IMG/VR virus record: IMGVR_UViG_2061766007_000929
DNA from: an uncultured virus (IMG/VR IMGVR_UViG_2061766007_000929)
Lineage: Duplodnaviria > Heunggongvirae > Uroviricota > Caudoviricetes
DNA: 45,099 nt
Reading direction: 5' to 3' (one strand)
A program made the position numbers and the translations under genes. The notes below the pieces were generated by a model. The model was not told the DNA's origin, searched no databases, and saw only the letters and a list, made by a program, of their open reading frames with translations. Below, piece after piece: positions 26,002-34,977 of the stretch (the first letter of the stretch is position 1; every line of letters begins with the position of its first letter).

Positions 26002-27906
26002 ATGGCTAAAATATCAAGCATTACTTTGCCAAATGGCGATAGTTATGACTTAAAAGATAAGGATGCACAAAGAAAAATAACTGTATCAGGAATCCTTAAG
26101 GGTGATGGTCAGGGTGGCGTGAGTGCCGCAACAGCCGGAGATGTTCCCTACGACAACGCCGATAGCGGCCTGACGGCAGAAGATGTGCAGGAGGCAATAG
26201 ACGAACTGGCGGCTGGTGCTGGAGGTGGAGGAGTTGACCCGGAAACGATTGCACCTGTGGAGGAAACCGCGACAGCAACGATAGTACATCCTCTTGGGTC
26301 AATCTTCTACTTCAACGACATTCTTTATCGTGCGATTGAAGATATCCCCGTTGGCGGTACTATCAACACTGCGACTGGCGGTAATGCCACGCAGACTACG
26401 ATAGCGCAGAACTTCAAGCGGACGGTCACATTGACTTCTGCCGAGTATGCTCAACTGAGTATCGCTGAAAAGACTGCTGATATTGTCTACATCATTACAG
26501 ATGACAATTCTATTCGTGCTAATGACGTTAATTATGACCACGAAACATCTGGGGCATCTACAACCAACGTGCAGGATGCTTTGGATGAAGTGTTCTCTGA
26601 GCTGGGCGGCAAGCAGCCCACCATCACCGCATCTGGCATCCTCAAGGGTGACGGGACCGGGGGTGTAACAGCCGCAACAGCCGGGACGGACTTTCAAGCT
26701 CCGCTGACCATTGATGCTACCCCCACGGCGAGCAGCACCAACCCTGTGCAGAGTGGCGGCGTGTATACGGATGTCAGGACGAGAGTGCCTGTGTATGGCA
26801 AAGGCGTGAACCTTCTGCGGAACTGGTATTTTGTCGGTGGGGGTACAGGTAGAGGCGTGTTTCCTGTCAATCAGAGGGGCGTAATTAGTTATGTGGCACC
26901 CTCTGCTCAATTTGGTCCTGACGCGTGGAAAGTTTATGCTGGGTCTACCTTGACCTTAACAGCGGCTGGAGCAACTCTTTCCAATGGTGGCGTAGTGGTT
27001 ACCAATATACAACGGAACGATTCCTTGTGGGGAAAAGAGGTAACACTGTCCGTATTAACAAGCGGAGGCATTTATACGGCAAGTGGAACTATGCCGAGTT
27101 CTGCTCCAGCATCCCAAACAACCATAATCACAATTAGCAACAGCGCACTACAGTTGGTATTCCGAGTATATGGAAATGATGGAATTACATCTCTTGCTTG
27201 GTGGTCATATGACCCCAACGTAGTTTATTACGCTTTTAAACTCGAACTCGGCTCTGAACAGACTCTTGCCCATCAGGAGAATGGTACGTGGGTGCTAAAT
27301 GAAGTGCCTGACTACGAGTATGAGCTTTACCGCTGCATCACCTCCACTGCAGACCCGTCTGACACCTATGCCAACAAATCCCTTGCCACGGGAGAGGAAC
27401 TTGCCTATGTGGAGAACGGCACTACGGCAAGCAGGAACTATAGTGCAGGACAGTATATCTCTTTGAACGGTCTGCTCTACACGGCAGACACGGCAATTGC
27501 CAGTGGAGCGACCTTCTACACCTCTGGCGGCAATAAAAATTTGACCGAGTGCGTGGGTGGGGGACTAAACTCACTCTCAACCGTAACGAGCGATAATGTA
27601 ACTTTTAGCAATAATGTAACAGGATATACTTATCAGAACGAGTATCACCTATCAAAATCAGGAAATGTAGTCGTTGCAAATATTGTTATGTCAGCGAGTA
27701 GTATTGCTGGCATGGGTACGGTGCTTTGTACAGTTCCTGCGGCATTTAGACCGAGTGTAAACAGGAGAATCGCGGCTTGGCTAACCTACAGCGGTGACTC
27801 AAAGGTAGAAACTGTTTATATTACCCCTGACGGGACAATAAGCACTGCATCTGGTGGGTATAACGTCACGGGTTTTATTCGAGTATTCGGAACGTATATT
27901 CTTTAA
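26002..27906 (+). CDS. Modular tail fibre/receptor-binding protein
   Basis: ITLPNG.SY.LKD start; duplicated ITxSGILKGDGxGGVxAATAG and YD..SG....VQ.A.DE motifs; NLL.NWYF...PVNQRG...KLELG.EQTL domain; C-terminal beta head. Confidence 0.7.
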   Translation: MAKISSITLPNGDSYDLKDKDAQRKITVSGILKGDGQGGVSAATAGDVPYDNADSGLTAEDVQEAIDELAAGAGGGGVDPETIAPVEETATATIVHPLGSIFYFNDILYRAIEDIPVGGTINTATGGNATQTTIAQNFKRTVTLTSAEYAQLSIAEKTADIVYIITDDNSIRANDVNYDHETSGASTTNVQDALDEVFSELGGKQPTITASGILKGDGTGGVTAATAGTDFQAPLTIDATPTASSTNPVQSGGVYTDVRTRVPVYGKGVNLLRNWYFVGGGTGRGVFPVNQRGVISYVAPSAQFGPDAWKVYAGSTLTLTAAGATLSNGGVVVTNIQRNDSLWGKEVTLSVLTSGGIYTASGTMPSSAPASQTTIITISNSALQLVFRVYGNDGITSLAWWSYDPNVVYYAFKLELGSEQTLAHQENGTWVLNEVPDYEYELYRCITSTADPSDTYANKSLATGEELAYVENGTTASRNYSAGQYISLNGLLYTADTAIASGATFYTSGGNKNLTECVGGGLNSLSTVTSDNVTFSNNVTGYTYQNEYHLSKSGNVVVANIVMSASSIAGMGTVLCTVPAAFRPSVNRRIAAWLTYSGDSKVETVYITPDGTISTASGGYNVTGFIRVFGTYIL

Positions 27907-27912
27907 GGAGGA

Positions 27913-28233
27913 ATGACCATGCAACGTCAAATCTTCATTGTCAACGCCTACATTGTTGACGCAAACGGCACTTTTAACAATCTGTCCGGCTACCCCAAGA
28001 CCTTTGATAGTCACCTCTATGGTGACGATATTGACAAGGCCCAGAGACGGGCAATCGGTGATGCGTCCGAGACTTTTGGTGCTATGTGCAAACGTGATGA
28101 CCGTCAGCTTCAGGCAGTCATGGTCACGACAGCAGACGGATTCCAAGTTGAAAAAAGAAGCATCGGTCAGATTTCCGATTTGCCCGACTCTGAACCTGTG
28201 GAGTCCGAGACGCCTAGCGAGGAAGAGGAATGA
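27913..28233 (+). CDS. Small fibre-associated protein (possible fibre assembly chaperone)
   Basis: SD AAGGAGG; follows a fibre gene; acidic tail; start at 27913 or 27919. Confidence 0.55.
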   Translation: MTMQRQIFIVNAYIVDANGTFNNLSGYPKTFDSHLYGDDIDKAQRRAIGDASETFGAMCKRDDRQLQAVMVTTADGFQVEKRSIGQISDLPDSEPVESETPSEEEE

Positions 28234-28433
28234 GCATCAAATACAACAACAGAAACGTGGGTTTGACGTTGCCAGGGAGTTCGGAGGCGGAAGATATTAC
28301 CTATGACCCAACAAACTCTGGTCTGACAGCAACAAACGTGCAGGATGCCATTGACGAGGTGGTATCTGATAGCATTGACTACCTGACCGTTGTAAACGGC
28401 AAAATCTGTGTGATTTATGAGGTGACACCATGA
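28230..28433 (+). CDS. Small fibre adaptor protein
   Basis: ATGA overlap; YDPTNSGLTATNVQDAIDEV motif shared with 26002..27906. Confidence 0.6.
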   Translation: MSIKYNNRNVGLTLPGSSEAEDITYDPTNSGLTATNVQDAIDEVVSDSIDYLTVVNGKICVIYEVTP

Positions 28434-29029
28434 GCGAAGTCACATCTCCGATTATTCTGGATACCACAGGGCAGGACATAGCCGATGCCCTGACCGATGT
28501 AGCCGATGCAATCAACGCTGGCAATGCCACAGCTGCTATGCTGGCTTATGTAGAGAACGGAAGTACGGCAAGTCAGAATTATGCCGTGGGGACTTATATC
28601 TGCTGGCAGAGTCTGCTTTACACCGCAGACACGACAATCAACAGTGGGGATGCTTTCAACTCCACAGGTGCAAATAAGAACCTGACGGCAGTTGGAGGAG
28701 GAGGGTTAAATGGAATTCTTGACCAACTTTGGAAACTTGGGAAACTTGTGACTAACGGTTCCGCAGAGATGGACAATTATACAGTATTTCAAGTGATTCT
28801 TACTGACCCGTGGGTGCAAGGAGCGGCGAGAATTTCGTGTGTATACGTCAAGGGTACAGAGGTATTTATGCCTTATATTACTTATACAGGGGCGCAGACC
28901 CAACTATACTATGCTGCATACCGAATCAATTATAACAGCCAGACTAGGAGTATCCAAATCATTTCTGCTTTGGCCTCTAATGGTTCAACCGCAATCCCGG
29001 CAATCTCCCAAATAGTCGGACTAATGTAA
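28430..29029 (+). CDS. Short receptor-binding/fibre protein (paralog 2)
   Basis: MSEVTSPIILDTTGQDI N-terminus; conserved AYVE.G.TAS.NY...GGLN module; unique C-terminus. Confidence 0.65.
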   Translation: MSEVTSPIILDTTGQDIADALTDVADAINAGNATAAMLAYVENGSTASQNYAVGTYICWQSLLYTADTTINSGDAFNSTGANKNLTAVGGGGLNGILDQLWKLGKLVTNGSAEMDNYTVFQVILTDPWVQGAARISCVYVKGTEVFMPYITYTGAQTQLYYAAYRINYNSQTRSIQIISALASNGSTAIPAISQIVGLM

Positions 29030-29040
29030 GGATGTATACC

Positions 29041-29112
29041 ATGCAGCGTCAAATCTTCATTGTTTCTGCATCCATCGTAGAAACAAGTTCTTCTAAGGAG
29101 GTGACCCCATGA
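29041..29112 (+). pseudogene. 23-codon relic joining the start of the 27913 gene to the end of the 28230 gene
   Basis: MQRQIFIVSASIVETSSSKEVTP-stop versus MQRQIFIVNAYIV (27919) and ...YEVTP-stop (28433). Confidence 0.7.
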
Positions 29113-30071
29113 GCCAAGTTACAGACCCTGTTCTCCTAGACAGCACAGGGCAGAATATCGTCACAGGCATATCGGCTGTGGTATCTGCCATCCAGAGCAG
29201 AGGAATGCCGTCACCATCCGCAAGTAATCCCCAGATGGACGGCGCGGCATCTCCTGGCACTTCCAACGATTATGCACGGGGTGACCATGTGCATCCTGTC
29301 GATACAAGCAGAGCGTCAGCAAGTGCTGTTACATCATTAAATAATCGATACACGGATAATACACTATGGATATCCAATAGTGATGCTAATGACTATAAAA
29401 CCTCCGGAATGTACGCAATGGCGACTGGAAATGCAAATATCCCCGCGACATGGGGAATCTTGTTCGTGATTGCACCGAGAAATGACACCATTGAACAAGA
29501 ATACAGATGCTCAGGTAATATCTGGAACAGGGAATTTCGAAGTAACACTTGGTCAACATGGACGCAAGCCGTGAAACAATCCCAGCTTGCCTATGTTGAA
29601 TCTGGCACTACGGCAAGCAGGAACTATGCCGAGGGGGAATACTTTTGCTGGAACGGTCTGTTGTACCGGGCAAAGACGGCAATCTCCAGCGGGGCATCGT
29701 TTACGCCGGGGACGAACTGCGAACAGGTGACAGAGGGCGGACTGAATAAGATACGCTCAACGGATATTCCAGATGAAATAAATAATAGATTCGGTTACTT
29801 GCGGTGTGTTTCGCAAACAAATAACACAAATTCCGGAGTGACCCTTACCTTTGACCTTAACGGCAATGGGGTGGGGATTATGATTGTTCAGGCCGCAGGT
29901 ACAGAGGGCGCGATTTATGGATTAACTGTGTTGGACTCCGTAACGGCAACAAGACTTGCCGGAAGTTATTCCCCCACGATGAATGGGGCGAATCCACGTA
30001 GTTTTTCCATAAATGTAGGCCCTTGGGCAAACGTCACGATTATTTGTACTCGAAGCGGTTGGACCGCATGA
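29109..30071 (+). CDS. Short receptor-binding/fibre protein (paralog 3)
   Basis: MSQVTDPVLLDSTGQNI N-terminus; P.MDG.AS.GTS..YAR.DHVHP.D motif; knob-like segment (DAN.YK.SG.Y...WSTW); AYVE.G.TAS.NY module. Confidence 0.7.
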   Translation: MSQVTDPVLLDSTGQNIVTGISAVVSAIQSRGMPSPSASNPQMDGAASPGTSNDYARGDHVHPVDTSRASASAVTSLNNRYTDNTLWISNSDANDYKTSGMYAMATGNANIPATWGILFVIAPRNDTIEQEYRCSGNIWNREFRSNTWSTWTQAVKQSQLAYVESGTTASRNYAEGEYFCWNGLLYRAKTAISSGASFTPGTNCEQVTEGGLNKIRSTDIPDEINNRFGYLRCVSQTNNTNSGVTLTFDLNGNGVGIMIVQAAGTEGAIYGLTVLDSVTATRLAGSYSPTMNGANPRSFSINVGPWANVTIICTRSGWTA

Positions 30072-30090
30072 TAATTTGGAGGGACTCATC

Positions 30091-30251
30091 ATGAAATACG
30101 CAATTATCAAAGTCATCAACGGCAACTACTCCGTCCATGCGGAAGGATTCACGGACATCAACAGCGCAAAGACTTCCTTCCACCAGCTTTGTGCCACCCT
30201 CTGGAACGCTCCCGATGTGGTGACGGCAATGGTGAAAATCATGGACGAGAA
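30091..30251 (+). CDS. Small fibre-associated protein, partial; its 3' end is probably 30654..30710
   Basis: SD GGAGG; MKYAIIKVINGNY...IMDE then gap; frame EGYRDFITHPVEETNESE-stop overlaps the lysin start. Confidence 0.55.
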
Positions 30252-30433
30252 NNNNNNNNNNNNNNNNNNNNNNNNNNNNNNNNNNNNNNNNNNNNNNNNN
30301 NNNNNNNNNNNNNNNNNNNNNNNNNNNNNNNNNNNNNNNNNNNNNNNNNNNNNNNNNNNNNNNNNNNNNNNNNNNNNNNNNNNNNNNNNNNNNNNNNNNN
30401 NNNNNNNNNNNNNNNNNNNNNNNNNNNNNNNNG

Positions 30434-30640
30434 ACGGCAAGCTGCTCCACCCTTCTGCGGTGGTACAGGGAACAGGGTCTGACGGTGCCTGTGAGTGAAG
30501 TCCAGCCGGGGGATATAGTTATCCTCAACTTCTCTGGGACGGTTGAACCACAACACTGTGGACTAGTGACCCATGTGGAGAGAAGTGGAGGGAGCATCCT
30601 CTACATCAAGACCATCGAGGGCAACACCACCAGCGGAGAC
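30434..30640 (+). CDS. Misplaced internal fragment of the CHAP endolysin
   Basis: Translates TASCSTLLRWY...QPGDIVILNF...HCGLV...TIEGNT, the His-containing half of a CHAP domain; not in the ORF track in this frame. Confidence 0.75.
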
Positions 30641-30696
30641 ACNNNNNNNNNNGGAAGGGTATAGGGATTTCATTACCCATCCTGTGGAGGAAACCA

Positions 30697-31156
30697 ATGA
30701 GTCTGAGTAAAGTCATCGAAATCGCCCGTGGTGAGCTGGGGAATACGGAGGAGCCAGCCGGGAGCAATCTCACGAAATACGGATTCTGGTACGGTGTAAA
30801 CGGTGTCCCGTGGTGCGTGATTTTCCTATGCTGGCTGTTCAATCAGGCCGGGGAGCGCATGGCATTNNNNNNNNNNCAGTCAAGACAATGGGGGCATGGT
30901 CTGCGAGAAGGTGCGTTATCCTCGTCAGGTTGTGGGCGTGTGCCGTCCGCAATATAAGGCGGAGGAACCAATATCGGATGAACCTGACTATATCGGTACA
31001 TGGTCGGAAAAGTTCTTTACGTGGGGCAGGAGAATAGGAATCATATCCGGCTACGAAGATGGCTCTTTCAGACCGAATGGAATTCCTACCCGTGCCGAAG
31101 TTTTGGCAATGCTCTACCGCTATGACGAGTACCGATTCGGGAATAGTGAAAAGTGA
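30697..31156 (+). CDS. Endolysin: CHAP amidase/endopeptidase with a C-terminal SLH domain (interrupted by gap 30867-30876)
   Basis: GSNLTKYG.WYG....PWC..F..W catalytic Cys motif; GIISGYEDGSFRPNG..TRAEVLAML SLH motif. Confidence 0.82.
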
Positions 31157-31169
31157 GGAGGATAGGAAA

Positions 31170-31400
31170 ATGAAAGATTGGATGGTGAGAGCACTTAAAA
31201 CTTTCGTGCAGGCTTTCTTCGCGGTACTTATCCCGGAGCTGGTTATTGTGCTGCAAAAAGGCTGGCCAGAAAGTTGGAGTGCTCTGTGGGCGGTTCTTTC
31301 GCCTGTGGTCTCCGCTGCCCTCGCGGCTGCGATTTGTGCTGTTTGGAACATATCGCTGGAAGCGCAAAAGAAGGAGGCGGAAATAAAGAATGGGAAATGA
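31170..31400 (+). CDS. Holin (r1t-holin-like)
   Basis: SD GAGGAGG; RALKTFVQA motif; two TM helices; charged C-terminus; next to the lysin. Confidence 0.75.
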   Translation: MKDWMVRALKTFVQAFFAVLIPELVIVLQKGWPESWSALWAVLSPVVSAALAAAICAVWNISLEAQKKEAEIKNGK

Positions 31401-31677
31401 AGATTTCCGAGTGGATAGCGTTACACGTACCGAGTATGAAGAGCTGAAAAAGCGAATATCCGATGCGGAAGAAAGACTCCATAGGGGCGATATCACACTT
31501 GCGCTCATTGATAACCACCTGAAGGATATTGATGGTAAATTGGGAGACCTTGCTGCCTCCATCGCCGTTCTAAAAGACAAGCCAGGGAAAAGATGGGAGC
31601 AGGTAGTTACGCAATGCCTGACCTGGGCACTGGCTCTTATCCTTGGCTATATCGCGCTAAAATTGAAAATAGGTTAA
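31390..31677 (+). CDS. XhlA-like/second holin-type protein
   Basis: Coiled coil then KPGKRWE and a single C-terminal TM helix. Confidence 0.6.
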   Translation: MGNEDFRVDSVTRTEYEELKKRISDAEERLHRGDITLALIDNHLKDIDGKLGDLAASIAVLKDKPGKRWEQVVTQCLTWALALILGYIALKLKIG

Positions 31678-31684
31678 GCGGTTC

Positions 31685-31762
31685 CGCAGGTTGACCTCCC
31701 CTGCGTTAAACGCCCGTCAGCCGGTGGGAATGCCCCCTCTTTCCCTCCGTCATGGTTGACGG
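31685..31762 (+). ncRNA. Candidate structured RNA with two C-rich anti-SD-like loops
   Basis: CGCAGG-ttgacctcc-CCTGCG; CCGTCAGCCG...TGGTTGACGG stem enclosing GGGAA-tgccccctct-TTCCC. Confidence 0.35.
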
Positions 31763-31768
31763 TATATG

Positions 31769-31810
31769 AAAATGCCCCCTGTCCTTTTGGATGGGGGGCA
31801 TTTTCTTTTT
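31769..31810 (+). terminator. Rho-independent terminator ending the late operon
   Basis: 16-bp stem AAAATGCCCCCTGTCC/GGATGGGGGGCATTTT (2 G-U pairs) followed by CTTTTT. Confidence 0.85.
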
Positions 31811-31900
31811 GCTTTTATCAAAAATACGCAGTGAGTATCACGCAAAATCACGATGATTTGGGGCATATTAAAAGCGGAAAAAACCGTGAAAAACATGGCT

Positions 31901-31957
31901 TTGTCATATTCTGATATGACAAGAAGCGTTGACAAGGTACTGCCATAAGTATATAAT
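31901..31957 (+). promoter_or_regulatory. Consensus sigma-A promoter with an adjacent palindromic operator
   Basis: TTGACA (31929-34), 17 nt, TATAAT (31952-57); inverted repeat TTGTCATAT-tctg-ATATGACAA at 31901-31922. Confidence 0.85.
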
Positions 31958-32007
31958 GGTCTTGTACAATCGGTAATTAAGGTGAAAAATCGGGAAGGAA
32001 AGGCTAG

Positions 32008-32202
32008 ATGAAGGTAGGAGACAGGGTAACGGAAAAGACAACTACGGACAGTGTAGAAATGGGCACTGTGGTCTACATACACCCCGAAGAAAGATTCTAT
32101 ACGGTGGAGTTCAAGGGGCTGTTTGGAGCCTATCGTGAGTCCTATTTTTTCCCCCTGAAACCCATAAATGAGCAGATGCCGAGCGGAAATCACTACTATT
32201 GA
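32008..32202 (+). CDS. Small hypothetical protein (SH3-like pattern)
   Basis: SD GGAAGG; MKVGDRV...GTVVYIHP..RFYTVEF. Confidence 0.6.
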   Translation: MKVGDRVTEKTTTDSVEMGTVVYIHPEERFYTVEFKGLFGAYRESYFFPLKPINEQMPSGNHYY

Positions 32203-32261
32203 CACAAAATGTTTGCAACAATACGAGATAAATTAAGGAACAATTCGGAAAGGCGGCAAAT

Positions 32262-32675
32262 ATGCTCAAAATTAGGGTTAAGACTGAAGGAGAAGCGCCG
32301 AAGAAGCTTGGAGATTGGATAGACCTCCAAACGGCGGAGGATGTGACACTTGCGGCGATGGAATTCAAGGTGATTTCCCTTGGAGTATGCATGGAGTTAC
32401 CGAAAGAATATGAGGCGCACATTGCGCCCAGAAGCTCCACCTACAAGAAGTGGGGAGTAATTCAGGCGAACTCTGTGGGGATTGTGGATTCGGACTACAA
32501 CGGCGACAATGACGTGTGGGGCTACCCTGTTATCGCACTGAGAGACACCTTCATTCCCAAGGGAACGAGGATTGCCCAATTCAGGCTTTACAAGGTGTGC
32601 GAGCCTGTTGAATTTGAGGTCGTTGAAACGCTTGGAAACGCCGACAGAGGCGGTTTTGGGAGTACGGGGTCATGA
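32262..32675 (+). CDS. dut: Trimeric dUTPase
   Basis: Motifs [30 protein letters not shown]. Confidence 0.95.
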   Translation: MLKIRVKTEGEAPKKLGDWIDLQTAEDVTLAAMEFKVISLGVCMELPKEYEAHIAPRSSTYKKWGVIQANSVGIVDSDYNGDNDVWGYPVIALRDTFIPKGTRIAQFRLYKVCEPVEFEVVETLGNADRGGFGSTGS

Positions 32676-32881
32676 CATTTAACGAATGTGTTGCTAAAAT
32701 TATCGAAATGGACGGAGAGGCGAAGGCGATACAGTTATTGTCCCAAACGCTTCTATCGAAGGAGAAGAAGGCGCAGGAAGAGCTTATGGAGTGCCATGCG
32801 GCTTTGAATGCCATAAAGAAGATAAGCACCAACAAGGCGATACAAGCTCTGTGCGATATGGACTTTGACGGTGGAAAGTAA
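32672..32881 (+). CDS. Hypothetical protein
   Basis: ATGA overlap with dut; helical. Confidence 0.55.
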   Translation: MTFNECVAKIIEMDGEAKAIQLLSQTLLSKEKKAQEELMECHAALNAIKKISTNKAIQALCDMDFDGGK

Positions 32882-34150
32882 GCTATTCAGACCATCACCG
32901 CATGACAATCTGGCGGAACAGTCTATCCTTGGGGCGATGATGATTGACCCTGATACCATCCCGAAGGTGATAACGTCAGTCAAAGCCGATGACTTCTACT
33001 CGGATACCAACAGAACCGTCTACGAAGCTATCTGCGGGATGTTTGCCAACGGAGAGGGTATCGACCCTGTTACAGTAGCAAGTGCGCTGAAGGGCGATAT
33101 CAAAGACGCTGAACAACTCATTATCGGTATAGTGTCCCTTACCCCAACGGCGAAGAACGTGGAACTGTACATAAAGGCGGTGACGAATTCTTCTACCCTC
33201 CGCTCCGTATTGTCCCTTGCCGATAATATCATTGATAACGCTAATAATAACCAAGATACCAACGTAATCCTCGACTCCATCGACAATACCCTCAGAACCC
33301 TCAGGGACAAAAGCGACTCCGGTTTGATGCGTGCTTCCCTCGCTATTCCCAGAGTGTTCAACGAGATTTCAGAATTGTCCAAGAATAAAACATTGCCAGG
33401 AATCAGTACCGGATTTAGTGAATTAGATGGTATGATTTCGGGGTTGAATAAGGGGGAACTGATACTCCTTGCATCAAGACCGGGGATGGGGAAGACAGCT
33501 CTGGCACTGAATATGGCTATGAGAGCGGCGAAGAAGGGATACCCTACAGCGGTGTTCTCATTGGAGATGTCTACAGGTCAACTGATAAGGAGACTCCTGA
33601 GCGGGGAGAGCTACGTGGACGCAAGCAAGCTGAGGACGGGGGGCCTGACGAAGGATGAATGGGCAAAGCTGAGTTCGGCGGTGGCGGCTATCAGTAAAGC
33701 GGAGCTGTATATAGACGATAACTCAATGGCGAGTGTAGCGGATATACACGCTCAGTGCAGGAAGATAAAGAACCTGGGATTGGTGGTCATAGACTACTTG
33801 CAGTTGATGGCATCGGGGAACGCAGAGAGCAGGCAGCAGGCGGTGTCGGAGATATCGAGGTCGCTGAAGGTGATGGCTAAAGAGCTGAATGTACCTGTGC
33901 TATGCCTGAGCCAACTAAGCCGCGAAAGTGCCAAGCGTTCGGATAAAAGACCTACCCTGTCGGATTTGAGAGAATCGGGGAGCTTGGAGCAGGATGCGGA
34001 TGTGGTATTGGGCATCTATAGGAAGGACTACTTCGACAGGGAAGCAGACGTGGGAGAGGCAGAACTATTAGTGATGAAGAATCGGAACGGAATGGTAGGA
34101 ACGGTAGGCATGATGTGGTTGCCGCAGTATACTACATATGTAGCCGCCGC
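32865..34150 (+). CDS. dnaB: Replicative DNA helicase (3' end runs into gap 34151-34166)
   Basis: AEQSILG, ASRPGMGKT (Walker A), FSLEMS, VIDYLQLM, LSQLSR, LSDLRESGSLEQDAD, KNRNG. Confidence 0.95.
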
Positions 34151-34167
34151 NNNNNNNNNNNNNNNNT

Positions 34168-34494
34168 GGGCGGATAACACTATATTGTGACGAAGAAGAA
34201 AAGCCCGACTTCGAGAAGGTTCTGGATACACTGTGCCGGGACTATAACTGCGAGTTGGTGCATCGGATGTACCGCATCGGGGACAGCGTACTACAGGACT
34301 TCCTCTGCCGCACCGATTGGAGACTATACACCCTAGAGTCACACCAAATTGAAAGTCTGCATGGCCGAGGAACAAGGATATTTGGGAGGCGAATATCGGT
34401 TCTGGCTATGAACTCAATGGGCTACAAAACCGACTCAGAATCACTGCGGGTCATGGGGGCTAAAGTCCGCAACACCTATGTTCATGGGAGATAG
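34168..34494 (+). CDS. Hypothetical protein, 5' end lost in gap
   Basis: Open frame from the gap edge (GRITLYCDEEEK...) to TAG 34494. Confidence 0.45.
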   Translation, partial: GRITLYCDEEEKPDFEKVLDTLCRDYNCELVHRMYRIGDSVLQDFLCRTDWRLYTLESHQIESLHGRGTRIFGRRISVLAMNSMGYKTDSESLRVMGAKVRNTYVHGR

Positions 34495-34496
34495 CT

Positions 34497-34949
34497 ATGC
34501 TCTGTGACAAGTATTGCGAGAAATGCTACTACAGTATCCTAGTGGCTGACCCAGACACCGAGGCACGGTTTGTCGCCTGCGGCTATATACTACGCACAGG
34601 AACTAAACGGCCTTCGCCACCAGGTAAGCGGTGCAGCGTCAGGAAGCCCCTGGAGCGTCCAAAAAACGCGAGCTATAAGTACGACCCTGAACAGGCTAAA
34701 CGCTACCATGCGCACGTGAGGTCTGTGCTACAGGGCAAACAGCGCAATACTATAACCGAGTTCATGAAGCGAACTGGTTACGACAGACGTGATATCGCCA
34801 GACAGATAGGGGTATCGCCAGAAACGGTCAGGAAATGGTTATCAGAACATCAATTCGCAAATTGGAAACTACTGGAGGTAATTGGTTTGCCAAAGCCTCC
34901 AGATATGCCAACTATAAAGACAAACCCACTAAATAGGGGAGCGGGATAA
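34497..34949 (+). CDS. Cys-rich and HTH putative transcriptional regulator
   Basis: N-terminal CxxC/CGYI; RDIARQIGVSPETVRKWL HTH. Confidence 0.65.
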   Translation: MLCDKYCEKCYYSILVADPDTEARFVACGYILRTGTKRPSPPGKRCSVRKPLERPKNASYKYDPEQAKRYHAHVRSVLQGKQRNTITEFMKRTGYDRRDIARQIGVSPETVRKWLSEHQFANWKLLEVIGLPKPPDMPTIKTNPLNRGAG

Positions 34950-34966
34950 CCGCTCCCCCTTTTTTT
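34936..34966. terminator. Terminator between the convergent HTH genes
   Basis: GGGGAGCGG-gataa-CCGCTCCCC followed by a T run. Confidence 0.8.
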
Positions 34967-34977
34967 GTTTTCCGATA

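Noticed and set aside
15976..30071. Diversity-generating retroelement or invertase shufflon acting on the fibre genes
   Set aside because: No reverse transcriptase, no template/variable repeat pair with adenine-only differences, no recombinase and no inverted cassettes in the window.
30076..30597. ORF-track proteins spanning the 181-N gap
   Set aside because: Frames are joined artificially through Ns; the downstream piece codes for the CHAP fragment in a different frame.
31680..32000. tRNA, riboswitch or attP in the lysis-replication spacer
   Set aside because: No cloverleaf or T-loop motif, no recognisable aptamer and no integrase nearby.
32199..32227. TTGACA upstream of dut as a second promoter
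   Set aside because: The hexamer at 17-nt spacing (TACGAG) is a poor -10 match.
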